A stretch of DNA of 64,000 bases. It comes from Gemmatimonadales bacterium. Its GTDB lineage: Bacteria > Gemmatimonadota > Gemmatimonadetes > Gemmatimonadales > GWC2-71-9. Location of the stretch: positions 6,748 through 70,747 of the forward strand of contig DATNOH010000059.1 of the NCBI GenBank assembly GCA_035601435.1, read 5' to 3'. Under the pieces are notes generated by a model that saw only the letters and a list, made by a program, of their open reading frames with translations, did not search any database and was not told where the DNA came from. A program made the position numbers and the translations under genes. Shown here one piece after another: positions 8,686 through 17,814 of this stretch (position 1 is the first letter of the stretch; each line of letters opens with the position of its first letter).

Positions 8686-9066
8686 TCATGCGTCGTAGGA
8701 GTCGCCCCAGCCCACGTCGAACACGCCGCCGCACTTCCCGCAGCGCATGTTGAGGGGCCCTTTCGCGAGCGGCGCTCGCGCGTGGCATTGCGGGCACACG
8801 CCATAGCGGGCACCCCAGCTGTGGGGCAGTTGCCGCGCGTTGCCGGGTCGCGGAACGATCGCCCAGACGCCGGGCGCTCGGCCCGTCATCTGCAGCGCAG
8901 CGCGCGGCACGTTGACGACGCGCTGGTTCACGTCCAGGACCGCGTCGGTGGTTGTCACTCGGAGCACCCGATACCATGCCCCGCGCCGTAGCGGGACGCT
9001 GGCATCGGAGCGTAACCGTGCCCACTGGCTGCCGCTCACTTTAAGCCTCCTTGTTGTCGAGAACAT
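8686..9066 (-). CDS. uncharacterised protein with C-terminal CxxC...CxxC zinc ribbon (paralog 1)
   Basis: MFSTTRRLKV...PLRRGAWYRV...YGVCPQCHARAPL...MRCGKCGGVFDVGW. About 45% identical over the core to the product of 26101-26457. The ORF-track 262-aa form overlaps the amidase, so I trimmed it to the ATG at 9064-9066. Confidence 0.6.
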   Translation of the reverse strand: MFSTTRRLKVSGSQWARLRSDASVPLRRGAWYRVLRVTTTDAVLDVNQRVVNVPRAALQMTGRAPGVWAIVPRPGNARQLPHSWGARYGVCPQCHARAPLAKGPLNMRCGKCGGVFDVGWGDSYDA

Positions 9067-9134
9067 CGGCGATTGTAGGCGCACTGGCGGGTGACGGCTG
9101 TCACGCGTTGCCGGGTCGGTCGCGGATGAGCAGC

Positions 9135-10553
9135 TTACCGGCTCGTCGCGTCGCGAAGCAGCGGCGGATGGCCGATGGGATGGCGCTGCTGGACGTGCGA
9201 TGCCAGGGCCAGCAGCGCCTCCTCGCCGAACGGCTTGCCGACGATCTGCAGACCCACCGGCAGCCCGTCGGGATCGACCCCGCAGGGTACCGAGGCAACC
9301 GGAAGACCGCTGAGACTCAACACGAACGTGGGCGCGATCCAGTCGACGTATGTCTCCATTTTCTTGCCGGCCACCGTTTCGGGATAATTCTGGTCCACCG
9401 GGAAGGGGGGGACCGCCATGCAGGGGGTGAGCAGGTGGTCGAACTTCCCGAAGAACTCGCGGAACAGATGCCACATGCGGCCGCGCGCCGCCTCAGCGGC
9501 GCCCAGGTCACGGCTCGTCGTGTCGAGCCCGGCGCGAATGTTACCCGCGACGTTGGCTCCGAATCGGTCCAGCTGGTCCATCCGCGGGAACATCTGCGCG
9601 ACGAACCACAACCCGCGTAGCGCGAGGAACGCCTTCCGCCCGAACGACAGGTCGAGCTCGATTTCGTCGACTTCCGCGCCGAGCTCACCGAGTCCGACGG
9701 CCGCCCGGCGGCACACTCGCTCGATGGCGGGATCGATCCCGATCCCGGCGATGTCGGGGCAGTAAGCAACTCGTAAGCCTTGCGGGATGGCGCGGCCCGC
9801 CGCGGCCACGAAGTTGCGGCCGGCGGTGGGCTGCGAGAGTGGAGAGAGGGAGCTCGGACCCGCTACGGCCTGGAGCATCAGAGCCACGTCCTGGGCGGTG
9901 CGGGCCATGGGGCCTTCGACTTGGAGCGTGTCCCACGCCCAGTCCGCTGGATAGGTCGGGATCAGCCCGATCGACGGCCGGAGCCCCACCACGCCGCAGA
10001 ACGACGCGGGGATGCGGAGCGACCCGCCCAGGTCCGTCCCCTCGGCGAGCGTGATCATCCCGGTGACGAGCCCCGCCGCCCCGCCGCCCGTCGAGCCGCC
10101 GGCGCTGCGCGTCGGGTCCCACGGGTTGCGCGTGCGGCCGAACACTTCGTTGAAGGTGTTCCCACCCGCGGCGAACTCGGGACAGTTCGTTTTTCCGAGA
10201 ATCACCGCACCCGCCTCCCGCAGCCGCCGCACCACCAGGGCATCCTCGGTGGGCACGTGATCCCGGTAAAGGGCCGACCCGTACGTCGTGCGGAGGCCCG
10301 CGACGGGCGTCACGTCCTTGATGCCGACCGGCAGGCCCGCCAGCAGACCCACCTCCTCGCCGCGCACCAGCCGCAGCTCGAGCTCGCCGGCCTGGTCGAG
10401 CGCCCGGGGGTTGAGCGTGACGACGGCGTTGACGGCGGGGTTGAAGCTCTCGACCCGCGCCAGGCACGCTTCGACCACCTCGACCGGCGACACCTCGCGC
10501 GACCGGACCAGCCGCGCGAGCTCAGTGGCGGAGCGCTCCGCTAGATCTTCCAT
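9135..10553 (-). CDS. amidase (amidase-signature family, GatA-like)
   Basis: AS motif GGSTGGGAAGLVTG and the conserved KD..PVAG region. Start taken at MEDLAERSATELARLV; it overlaps the upstream stop by 13 nt. Confidence 0.88.
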   Translation of the reverse strand: MEDLAERSATELARLVRSREVSPVEVVEACLARVESFNPAVNAVVTLNPRALDQAGELELRLVRGEEVGLLAGLPVGIKDVTPVAGLRTTYGSALYRDHVPTEDALVVRRLREAGAVILGKTNCPEFAAGGNTFNEVFGRTRNPWDPTRSAGGSTGGGAAGLVTGMITLAEGTDLGGSLRIPASFCGVVGLRPSIGLIPTYPADWAWDTLQVEGPMARTAQDVALMLQAVAGPSSLSPLSQPTAGRNFVAAAGRAIPQGLRVAYCPDIAGIGIDPAIERVCRRAAVGLGELGAEVDEIELDLSFGRKAFLALRGLWFVAQMFPRMDQLDRFGANVAGNIRAGLDTTSRDLGAAEAARGRMWHLFREFFGKFDHLLTPCMAVPPFPVDQNYPETVAGKKMETYVDWIAPTFVLSLSGLPVASVPCGVDPDGLPVGLQIVGKPFGEEALLALASHVQQRHPIGHPPLLRDATSR

Positions 10554-11338
10554 TCTCCCACGAACGCGACCGTGCGGCAGAATGCGGCCTCGCCTCCTTT
10601 GAACTTCCACGGGAAGCAGCCGACGATGAGGCGCTTGTTCTGGAGCTCGGGCGCCTCGATTTCGCCGCCCAGGTTCTCGATGTGGATGCAGTCCTTCGGG
10701 AACAGCGCGTTGTGGGTGAGCTGGTAGGCGGAGTCGGGGAACATCTTATCCACCGCGGCCTTGCCGCCGAATTTTTGCTCCGCCTTGGCGCGCACCTTGT
10801 CGCACTGGCCGTGGGCACCCTTACCCAGGAAGCGCCCGATCGGCAGGTTCATCGGGTGGTCGGTGGACACGCAGTCGACACCCCACACATGGATCTTCTT
10901 CTCCAGCAACCACGGCACCAGATCGGGATGCGCGCCGGGGTGATAGTGGTAGTAGCGCTCCTCGTCCGGCGTGGCGCCGAAGTCCGCGTAGCGATGCCAT
11001 CCCGTGTGCAGCAGCAGGAGGTCACCCGGTTTCACCTGGACTCGCTGCTCGATCATTTGCGGCGTGTAGACCGCCAGCTCGTCCATTTCGTCCCGCAGGT
11101 CCACGATCACGCCCGGGCCGCACAACCAATCGAGCGGCAGCTCGTCGATCGTCTTGCCGGCCGTGACGAAGTGGCGCGGCGCGTCGAGATGCGTGCCCAT
11201 GTGGTTCGAGGTCATGATGTACTGAGCGTTCACCCCGTGCTCTGCTTTGCGCTTGATGTATTTGACCTCGAACGGCGGGTAATAGGGCCAGAAGGAGCTG
11301 CGCTCGTTCAGGGGTTGGGAGAGGTCGTAGATCTTCAT
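10541..11338 (-). CDS. cyclase-family protein (kynurenine/arylformamidase-like)
   Basis: HMGTHLDAPRHF matches the HxGTHxDxPxH motif of the putative cyclase family. Start at MKIYDLSQPL. The upstream Arg-rich extension in the ORF track is rejected. Confidence 0.82.
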   Translation of the reverse strand: MKIYDLSQPLNERSSFWPYYPPFEVKYIKRKAEHGVNAQYIMTSNHMGTHLDAPRHFVTAGKTIDELPLDWLCGPGVIVDLRDEMDELAVYTPQMIEQRVQVKPGDLLLLHTGWHRYADFGATPDEERYYHYHPGAHPDLVPWLLEKKIHVWGVDCVSTDHPMNLPIGRFLGKGAHGQCDKVRAKAEQKFGGKAAVDKMFPDSAYQLTHNALFPKDCIHIENLGGEIEAPELQNKRLIVGCFPWKFKGGEAAFCRTVAFVGEWKI

Positions 11339-11378
11339 GGGCTCCTCGATCCCCGGGCTCGCACCCGGGGTCAGTTGT

Positions 11379-12254
11379 TTACGCCTTCTCTGCACGTTCG
11401 AACGCGCGCGCCAGCGCGCGGCGCGTGAGCACGGCAACGAGCCGACGGCGGTAGGCGGCCGACGCATGGATGTCGGAAGGCGGATCGATATCGCGCGTGG
11501 CCGCCGCCTCCCCCGCGGCGCGCAACAGCTCGGCCGACGGGGTCTGGCCGGAGAGCCCCTTCCCTGCCTCGGTTGCGAGCACCGGCCCATCGCCCACGCT
11601 CAGCAAGCCGATCCGCGCCTCCTTGCACCGACCGCGCGGGTCGAGCGTCACGATGGCTGCGACCCCGACCAGGGCGTAGTCCCCGTGGCGGCGCGCCAGT
11701 TCGAGAAACGCGGTGCCGCTCGAGGCGGGGAGCGGCGGGACTGCGATCTCGACCAGCAGCTCGCCCGGCTCGAGCGCCGTCTCGAGCATGCCCTTGAAGA
11801 ACTCACCCGCCGGAATCGAACGCTCGCCGCTGGAGCTCTTGGCCCGAAACCGCGCGTCGAGCGCCAGCATCACCGCCGGCAGCTCGGCCGACGGATCGGC
11901 ATGGGCGATGCTGCCTCCAATGGTCCCCCGGTTCCGGATCTGCGGGTGCGCGATGGAGGGCATCGCTTCGGCGAGCAGCGGCGCCGCGCGCGCAACCACG
12001 TCGCTCCGCTCGACTGCCCGCTGGCGCGTCATGGCGCCGAGCGCGACGCCCCCTGATTCGGCGCGCACGTACGCAAGCTCGGAAACCCCGTTGAGGTCCA
12101 CGAGCACCGCGGGCCGGGCCAGCCGGAAGTTCATCGCGGGAATGAGGCTCTGGCCGCCCGCCAGCGGCTTCGCTTCGCCACCGTGCTCGGCCAAGAGCGC
12201 CAGGGCCTCGTCCACCGTGGCCGGCGTGAAATACTCGAACGCCGCGGGCTTCAC
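11379..12254 (-). CDS. molybdo-hydroxylase FAD-binding (medium, CoxM-like) subunit, set 1
   Basis: MKPAAFEYFTPATVDEALALLAEHGGEAKPLAGGQSLIP is typical of the FAD_binding_5 N-terminus. GTGA overlap with the large subunit. Confidence 0.88.
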   Translation of the reverse strand: MKPAAFEYFTPATVDEALALLAEHGGEAKPLAGGQSLIPAMNFRLARPAVLVDLNGVSELAYVRAESGGVALGAMTRQRAVERSDVVARAAPLLAEAMPSIAHPQIRNRGTIGGSIAHADPSAELPAVMLALDARFRAKSSSGERSIPAGEFFKGMLETALEPGELLVEIAVPPLPASSGTAFLELARRHGDYALVGVAAIVTLDPRGRCKEARIGLLSVGDGPVLATEAGKGLSGQTPSAELLRAAGEAAATRDIDPPSDIHASAAYRRRLVAVLTRRALARAFERAEKA

Positions 12255-14593
12255 GCGTTCATCAGCTCGAACAGGCGGTTGGGGCTGAGCGGGATCTCGC
12301 AGATCTCCAATCCCGAGCCGGCGAGCGCGTCCTCGACCGCCTGGGCGAACAGCGGGCCGGTCGGAATGGCACCGGCTTCGCCCACGCCTTTCGCGCCCAC
12401 GGGGTTCAGCGGCGAGCGGGTTTCCCGGTGGGTCGTCTCTATGTTTGGGACGTCGGTCGCGGTCGGGAGCAGGTAGTCCATGAACGAAGCGTTGAGCAGC
12501 TGTCCCTCCTCGTCGTACACGAGCTGCTCATAGAACGCGTTGCCGATGCCGTGCGCCACGCCGCCCTGAATCTGGCCCTCCACGATCATCGGGTTGATCA
12601 CGCGGCCGCAGTCGTGCACGACGACGTAGCGCTTGATCTCGACCTGCGCCGTCTCGGCGTCCACTTCGACGAGCATCGCGTGGACGCCGTTCGCGGTGCT
12701 GCCGCGGTCGGGCCCGAAGTACGCGGTGGCCTCGAGGCCAGGCTCGCTGCCGGGCCGCACGGCACCGCGCAGCGGATTCGCCTTCAGCGCGAGCGCGCCG
12801 AGCGCGATGCCAGCCTTGGGGTCGCCGCGCACATGCACCCGCCCGCCGTCGAGCACGAGGTCGGCCGGCGTCGCCTTTAGCTCGCGACTGGCGAGGTCCA
12901 GGATTTTCTCTCGGACTCGGGCAGCCGCCGCGTGACAGGCGCTGCCCGCCACCACCGCGCCGCGACTGGCGAACGTGCCGGTGCCCCAGTGAAACTCCCG
13001 CGTATCGCCCGTGATCACGTGGACGTCTGTTACGTCCACACCCAGCACCTCGGCCACGATCTGCGCGAACACCGTGAAGTGCCCCTGCCCCTGGGTACCC
13101 ACGCCGGTCGCCAGCCGCACGCGGCCGCTCGGCTCGATGGTGACCCGCGCGCCCTCGTAGGGGCCGATCCCCGTCCCTTCGACGTAGCACACCACGCCGA
13201 TCCCGACGTGACGCCCCGCCGCCTTGAGCCGTGGCTGCTCCTCTCGGACGAAGCGCTTGTAGTCGATGACCTCGAGCGCCTGGTCGAGCGCGGGCGCGTA
13301 GTCGCCGCTGTCGTAGGTGAGGGGCGCGGAGTCCTGGAACAGGATCTCGTTGTTGAACGGGAACTGATCGGGCCGGAGCAGGTTCGTGCGGCGAATCTCG
13401 ACACGGTCGATCCCCAGCTCCTTGGCCGCAAAATCCAGGAGCCGCTCGATCACGAATACGCCGTGCTGGCGCCCCGCGCCCCGCACCGGCGTAACGATTG
13501 TCTTGTTCGTGAAGACCGCGGTGAACTCGCTCTCGTAGCTCGGGATGTCGTACGGCCCAAGGAGGGTGCACTGGCTGTTGATCGGCACCGTGAGGCCGTA
13601 GGGATCGTAGGCACCAGTGTCGTGCAAGAATACGTCCTTCACACCGAGGATCTTGCCCTCCTTCGTTACCGCGAGCTCGGCATCGTGGATCTGACCGCGC
13701 TCCTGTGTCGTGGCGAAAAAATTCTCCTGGCGGTCTTCGGTCCACTTGACCGGGCGCCCCAGCCGCATGGCCGCCCACGGTACGAGCACTTCCTCGGGAT
13801 AGAACATCATGATCTTCGGCCCGAAGCCGCCGCCCACGAACGGCGCCACCACGCGCACCTGCGATTCGAGCAGGCCAAGCAACTGGGCGAGGCCGTTCCG
13901 GATGGGGATGGGCGCCTGTGTGGTATCCCACACCGTCAGCTCTTCGGCGCGCGAGTCCCAATGCGCCACGACGGCGCGGTTCTCGATCGCGGCCGACGCA
14001 CCGCGATCGTAGCGGAACCGTCGCTTGATGACCGCGTGCGCGCGGGCTTTAGCGGCCGCCCAGTCGCCTTTTCGCTGCACTACATGCGCCGCGAGGTTGG
14101 AAGGCAGCTGGTCGTGCACGCGGGGGGCCCCCGGGCCGAGTGCGGCCTCGAGCTCCACGGCGGCGGGAAGCGGCTCGGCCTCCACCACTATGTCGTCCAG
14201 CGCGTCTTCGGCCAGATACCGGCTCTCCGCCACGACCATCGCGATGGGCTCGCCCACGTGGCGCAGCTTGTCTTTGGCGAGCGGAACCTGAGTGCAGGAG
14301 TTGAAGACGAGGCCGGGGATGGGAGGAGGCGGCACGAGCAGCGGACCGGGGCGCCAGTAGTCGCCCAGGTCGACCGCCGTGTAGACCGCCACGACTCCCG
14401 CGCGGCTGCGAGCGGCGGACGCGTCGACGCTCGAAAGCCGGGCGTGGGCGTGCTGGCTGCGGAGAAACGCCACGTGCAGCAGGCCGTCGAGCCGCACGTC
14501 GTCCACGAACAGCGCGCGTCCGGTGAGGAGCCGCGCGTCCTCGTTGCGACGGACGCGCTCGCCGATCCCGCTAGGCGCGCGCTGCCGCGCCAC
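12251..14593 (-). CDS. molybdopterin-binding large subunit (CoxL form-II-like / aldehyde oxidase-XDH family), set 1
   Basis: 780 aa. N-terminal RNEDARLLTG...FVDD. The loop PVRGAGRQ resembles the AYRGAGR form-II CoxL signature. C-terminal GVGEAGAIP. Confidence 0.9.
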   Translation of the reverse strand: MARQRAPSGIGERVRRNEDARLLTGRALFVDDVRLDGLLHVAFLRSQHAHARLSSVDASAARSRAGVVAVYTAVDLGDYWRPGPLLVPPPPIPGLVFNSCTQVPLAKDKLRHVGEPIAMVVAESRYLAEDALDDIVVEAEPLPAAVELEAALGPGAPRVHDQLPSNLAAHVVQRKGDWAAAKARAHAVIKRRFRYDRGASAAIENRAVVAHWDSRAEELTVWDTTQAPIPIRNGLAQLLGLLESQVRVVAPFVGGGFGPKIMMFYPEEVLVPWAAMRLGRPVKWTEDRQENFFATTQERGQIHDAELAVTKEGKILGVKDVFLHDTGAYDPYGLTVPINSQCTLLGPYDIPSYESEFTAVFTNKTIVTPVRGAGRQHGVFVIERLLDFAAKELGIDRVEIRRTNLLRPDQFPFNNEILFQDSAPLTYDSGDYAPALDQALEVIDYKRFVREEQPRLKAAGRHVGIGVVCYVEGTGIGPYEGARVTIEPSGRVRLATGVGTQGQGHFTVFAQIVAEVLGVDVTDVHVITGDTREFHWGTGTFASRGAVVAGSACHAAAARVREKILDLASRELKATPADLVLDGGRVHVRGDPKAGIALGALALKANPLRGAVRPGSEPGLEATAYFGPDRGSTANGVHAMLVEVDAETAQVEIKRYVVVHDCGRVINPMIVEGQIQGGVAHGIGNAFYEQLVYDEEGQLLNASFMDYLLPTATDVPNIETTHRETRSPLNPVGAKGVGEAGAIPTGPLFAQAVEDALAGSGLEICEIPLSPNRLFELMNA

Positions 14594-15065
14594 AGGCGAG
14601 TCTCACGGCCGCGACGATGTTCTGGTAACCAGTGCAGCGACACAGATTCCCGGAGAGCGCCTCGCGGATCTCGCGCTCGTCCGGGTCGGGATGGTCGCGC
14701 AGGAACGGCACCAGCGTCATGAGGACGCCCGGCGTGCAGAAGCCGCACTGCAACCCATGGGCCTCGCGAAACGCCGCCTGGAGCGGATGCAGCGCATCGC
14801 CCCCCCCCAAGCCGTCCGACAAACCCTCGACTGTCGCGACGTCGTGCCCATCCGCTTGGACGGCGAACATCAAGCAGGAGCGCACCGCCTCGCCGTCCAA
14901 CAGCACCGTACAGGCGCCGCACACGCCGTGCTCGCACCCGACGTGCGTGCCGGTGAGTCCGAGCTCGTGGCGCAGGAAGTCGGAGAGGAGCAGTCGCGGC
15001 TCCACCGTCCGCTCGTGGCGCACGCCGTTGACCGTGCAGACCAGCGTCGTTATCAAGGTCCGCAA
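14571..15065 (-). CDS. (2Fe-2S)-binding small subunit (CoxS-like), set 1
   Basis: CTVNG...GCEHGVCGACTV...CGFCTPG...NLCRCTGY cysteine clusters. Start inferred at TTG 15063-15065 (alternative TTG at 15054-15056). The ORF-track 499-aa form is an antisense over-extension. Confidence 0.85.
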   Translation of the reverse strand: MRTLITTLVCTVNGVRHERTVEPRLLLSDFLRHELGLTGTHVGCEHGVCGACTVLLDGEAVRSCLMFAVQADGHDVATVEGLSDGLGGGDALHPLQAAFREAHGLQCGFCTPGVLMTLVPFLRDHPDPDEREIREALSGNLCRCTGYQNIVAAVRLACGAAARA

Positions 15066-15110
15066 CGTTACGCCCTGGCCGGGAGTGCAGCAAGGCGACA
15101 GAATTCCACC

Positions 15111-17336
15111 ATGAAGCGTCGCGAAGCACTCGCCAAGCTCACCGGCCGCGAGCGGTACGTGGACGATCTGCCGCTCGAAGGCTTCCTCTGGGGCATGACG
15201 GTGCGCAGCCCGGCGCCCCGCGGCCGCGTCACCGCGATCCGGTTCGGCAAGGACGTCGACTGGTCTCAGTTCGTCGTAGTGGACCACCGCGACATCCCGG
15301 GACCGAACGTCGTAGCCCTGATCGAGGAAGATCAGCCGGTGCTCGCGGCCGGCTATGTGCGCCACGTGCACGAGCCCGTGCTGCTGCTCGCGCACCCGTC
15401 GCGCGAGGCGGTGCGGCGCGCCGTCCGCTCGGTCGAGGTGGTAGTCGGGCCCGAGCCGGCCGCCCTCGACTTCCGTGTCCCGCCCGCCCCAGAGCAGATC
15501 CAATACGGCAGCGACAACGTCATCAAGCATCTCAAGATCGAGAAGGGCGATGTGGAGCGCGCGCTCGCCGGGGCGCCGGTAGTGGTCGCCGGAACGTACG
15601 AGACCGGCGCCCAGGAGCACGTCTACCTCGAGACCCAGGGGATGATCGCCCAGCTCGAGGGAGACGTACTGGTGGTGAAGGGCTCGATGCAGTGCCCCTA
15701 CTATGTCCTCAAGGCGCTGCAGCACGCGCTCACGCGTGACGCGACGCGAGTCCGCGTGATCCAGACGCCCACCGGCGGCGGCTTCGGCGGCAAGGAAGAA
15801 TTCCCATCTCACATCGCCCTGCACGCTGCGCTGCTCGCGCTGAAAAGCGGCCGGCCGGTGAAGCTGATCTATGACCGCGGTGAGGACATGGCCGCGACCA
15901 CCAAGCGGCACCCCGCGCTGGTGCGCCACCGCACCGGGCTCACGCGCGACGGCCGGCTCGTAGCGCAGGACATCGAGGTGGTGATCGATGGCGGCGCGTA
16001 CGTGACCCTGTCTCCGGTCGTGCTGTCGCGCGCGATCATCCATGCCGCCGGGCCGTACGCGTGCGAGCACGTGCGCATCACCGGGCGCGCGATGTTCACG
16101 AACGCCGTGCCGTTCGGGGCGTTCCGCGGCTTCGGCGCCCCCCAGTCACAGTTCGCGGGCGAGCGACACATGGACGTGATCGCGGCGACCATCGGGATCG
16201 ACCCGGTCGAGCTGCGGCGCATCAATTTGCTCAGAGACGGCCAGACGACCGCCACCGGTCAGGTGATCCGAGACGGCGCCGATCGCCTGGCCGTGATGGA
16301 GCGGGCCCTCGAGCTGTCCAGCTACCGGGACAAACAACGGGAGCACGCCGCGTTCAACGCCACGCACCCGACGCTCCGCCGCGGCTCGGGGCTCGCCACG
16401 TTCTATCACGGCGCCGGGTTCACGGGCGGCGGTGAGGTGGCGCTCCAGTCGCGGCTACGCGTGGCGGGCCGCCCGGACGGCGGGGTCGAAGTGTTGAGCG
16501 CCAACATCGAGATGGGCCAGGGCACGCTCACGGTGTTTACCGAGCTCGCGGCGACACGGCTCGGCTTGGCGCCGGAAGACGTGACCATCGCCGAGGCCGA
16601 CACCGGCCGGGTCCCGAACTCCGGGCCCACGGTCGCGTCCCGCACCACGATGATCGTGGGCGGCCTGATCGAGCGCGCGGCCGATGATCTGCGCCGCCAT
16701 GTGGGCCTCGACGATTCGGCCCGCGGCGCAGCGGTGAAGCAGTCAATCCAACGGTGGCACCGCGAGCACCCCGGGGAGCCTCTGTTCGGCGAAGCGGCCT
16801 ACGAGAAGCCCCCCGGCATTGTGTGGGACGACCAGACGTACCGTGGTGACGCCTACGGCGCGTTCGCGTGGGCCGCGTACGTCGCAGAGGTGGAGGTCGA
16901 CCTGCGGACGTACACCACTCGCGTGATCGACTTCGTGGCGGTGCAGGAGGTGGGCAAAGTGCTGAACCCGACGCTCGCCAAGGGACAGGTCCAGGGTGGC
17001 GTGGTCCAGGGAATCGGCTGGGCGCTCATGGAGGAGTGTAAGTGGCGGGACGGGGCGATGGCGAACAATCAGCTCACCAACTACCTGATCCCGACTTCCC
17101 ACGACGTCCCCCCCGTGAGGGTCGCGTTCCTCGAGAACCCATACCCGCACGGCGCGGGTGGCGCGAAGGGGTTGGGCGAGCTGCCGATCGACGGTCCGGC
17201 GCCCGCGATTCTGAACGCGGTGGCACGCGCCACGGGCGCCGAGCCGCGCGCTATCCCCCTCACGCCAGAAAATCTGATGGAGCTCTTGGATGGTCAGGCC
17301 AAGGTAGGGGCGCAGCATGCTGCGCCCCTACGGTAA
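15111..17336 (+). CDS. xanthine dehydrogenase-type molybdopterin-binding subunit, set 2
   Basis: MKRREALAKLTGRERYVDDL start. The active-site stretch FGAFRGFGAPQSQFAGE is typical of XDH/aldehyde oxidase. Adjacent to urate-pathway genes. Confidence 0.9.
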   Translation: MKRREALAKLTGRERYVDDLPLEGFLWGMTVRSPAPRGRVTAIRFGKDVDWSQFVVVDHRDIPGPNVVALIEEDQPVLAAGYVRHVHEPVLLLAHPSREAVRRAVRSVEVVVGPEPAALDFRVPPAPEQIQYGSDNVIKHLKIEKGDVERALAGAPVVVAGTYETGAQEHVYLETQGMIAQLEGDVLVVKGSMQCPYYVLKALQHALTRDATRVRVIQTPTGGGFGGKEEFPSHIALHAALLALKSGRPVKLIYDRGEDMAATTKRHPALVRHRTGLTRDGRLVAQDIEVVIDGGAYVTLSPVVLSRAIIHAAGPYACEHVRITGRAMFTNAVPFGAFRGFGAPQSQFAGERHMDVIAATIGIDPVELRRINLLRDGQTTATGQVIRDGADRLAVMERALELSSYRDKQREHAAFNATHPTLRRGSGLATFYHGAGFTGGGEVALQSRLRVAGRPDGGVEVLSANIEMGQGTLTVFTELAATRLGLAPEDVTIAEADTGRVPNSGPTVASRTTMIVGGLIERAADDLRRHVGLDDSARGAAVKQSIQRWHREHPGEPLFGEAAYEKPPGIVWDDQTYRGDAYGAFAWAAYVAEVEVDLRTYTTRVIDFVAVQEVGKVLNPTLAKGQVQGGVVQGIGWALMEECKWRDGAMANNQLTNYLIPTSHDVPPVRVAFLENPYPHGAGGAKGLGELPIDGPAPAILNAVARATGAEPRAIPLTPENLMELLDGQAKVGAQHAAPLR

Positions 17337-17340
17337 GCGA

Positions 17341-17814
17341 ATGCCCGCAATCGCCATCACCTTCACCCTCAACGGCTCACCGGTGACGGTCGACGTGGAT
17401 CCCGCCGCCCGCCTGCTCGACACGCTCCGTTATCAACTCACGCTCACCGGCACCAAAGAGGGTTGCGGCGAGGGCGAGTGCGGGGCCTGCACCGTGTACC
17501 TGGACGGCTTGCCGGTGAACTCGTGCCTCGTACCCACCTACCAGGTGCGGGGGCATCGGGTGGAGACCGTGGAGTCGCTCGACCCCGGCGCGCTCGAGCC
17601 GTTCGAGCGATGCGGCGCCACACAGTGCGGGGCCTGCACTCCCGGCGTCGTGATGACGGCGTGGTGGATCCGCGAGCATCCCGAGCTGCTCGAGACGCAC
17701 GACACCCGCGAGCTGATGGCAGGAAATCTCTGTCGCTGCACGGGATATGACGGGATCATCGACTCGGTGAAGGAAGCGCTCGAGGCAAGGGGAAAGGGGA
17801 AGCGGGAAGGGTGA
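17341..17814 (+). CDS. (2Fe-2S)-binding subunit, set 2
   Basis: MPAIAITFTLNGSPV...GCGEGECGACTV...CGACTPG...NLCRCTGY. An alternative ATG at 17317 would overlap the upstream gene by 20 nt. Confidence 0.88.
   Translation: MPAIAITFTLNGSPVTVDVDPAARLLDTLRYQLTLTGTKEGCGEGECGACTVYLDGLPVNSCLVPTYQVRGHRVETVESLDPGALEPFERCGATQCGACTPGVVMTAWWIREHPELLETHDTRELMAGNLCRCTGYDGIIDSVKEALEARGKGKREG

Noticed and set aside
9067-9474. N-terminal extensions of ORF-track entries (8686-9474; also 10541-11590, 14523-17336, 14571-16070, 22766-24805, 32066-32893, 41352-42149, 59230-61335)
   Set aside because: The extensions are Arg/Pro/Gly-rich, overlap well-supported neighbouring genes, and precede internal starts that have Shine-Dalgarno sequences and homology-consistent N-termini. 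The CDSs were trimmed accordingly.
12932-14722. 596-aa plus-strand ORF
   Set aside because: It is antisense to the CoxL-like large subunit. It has Arg/His/Val-rich shadow composition.
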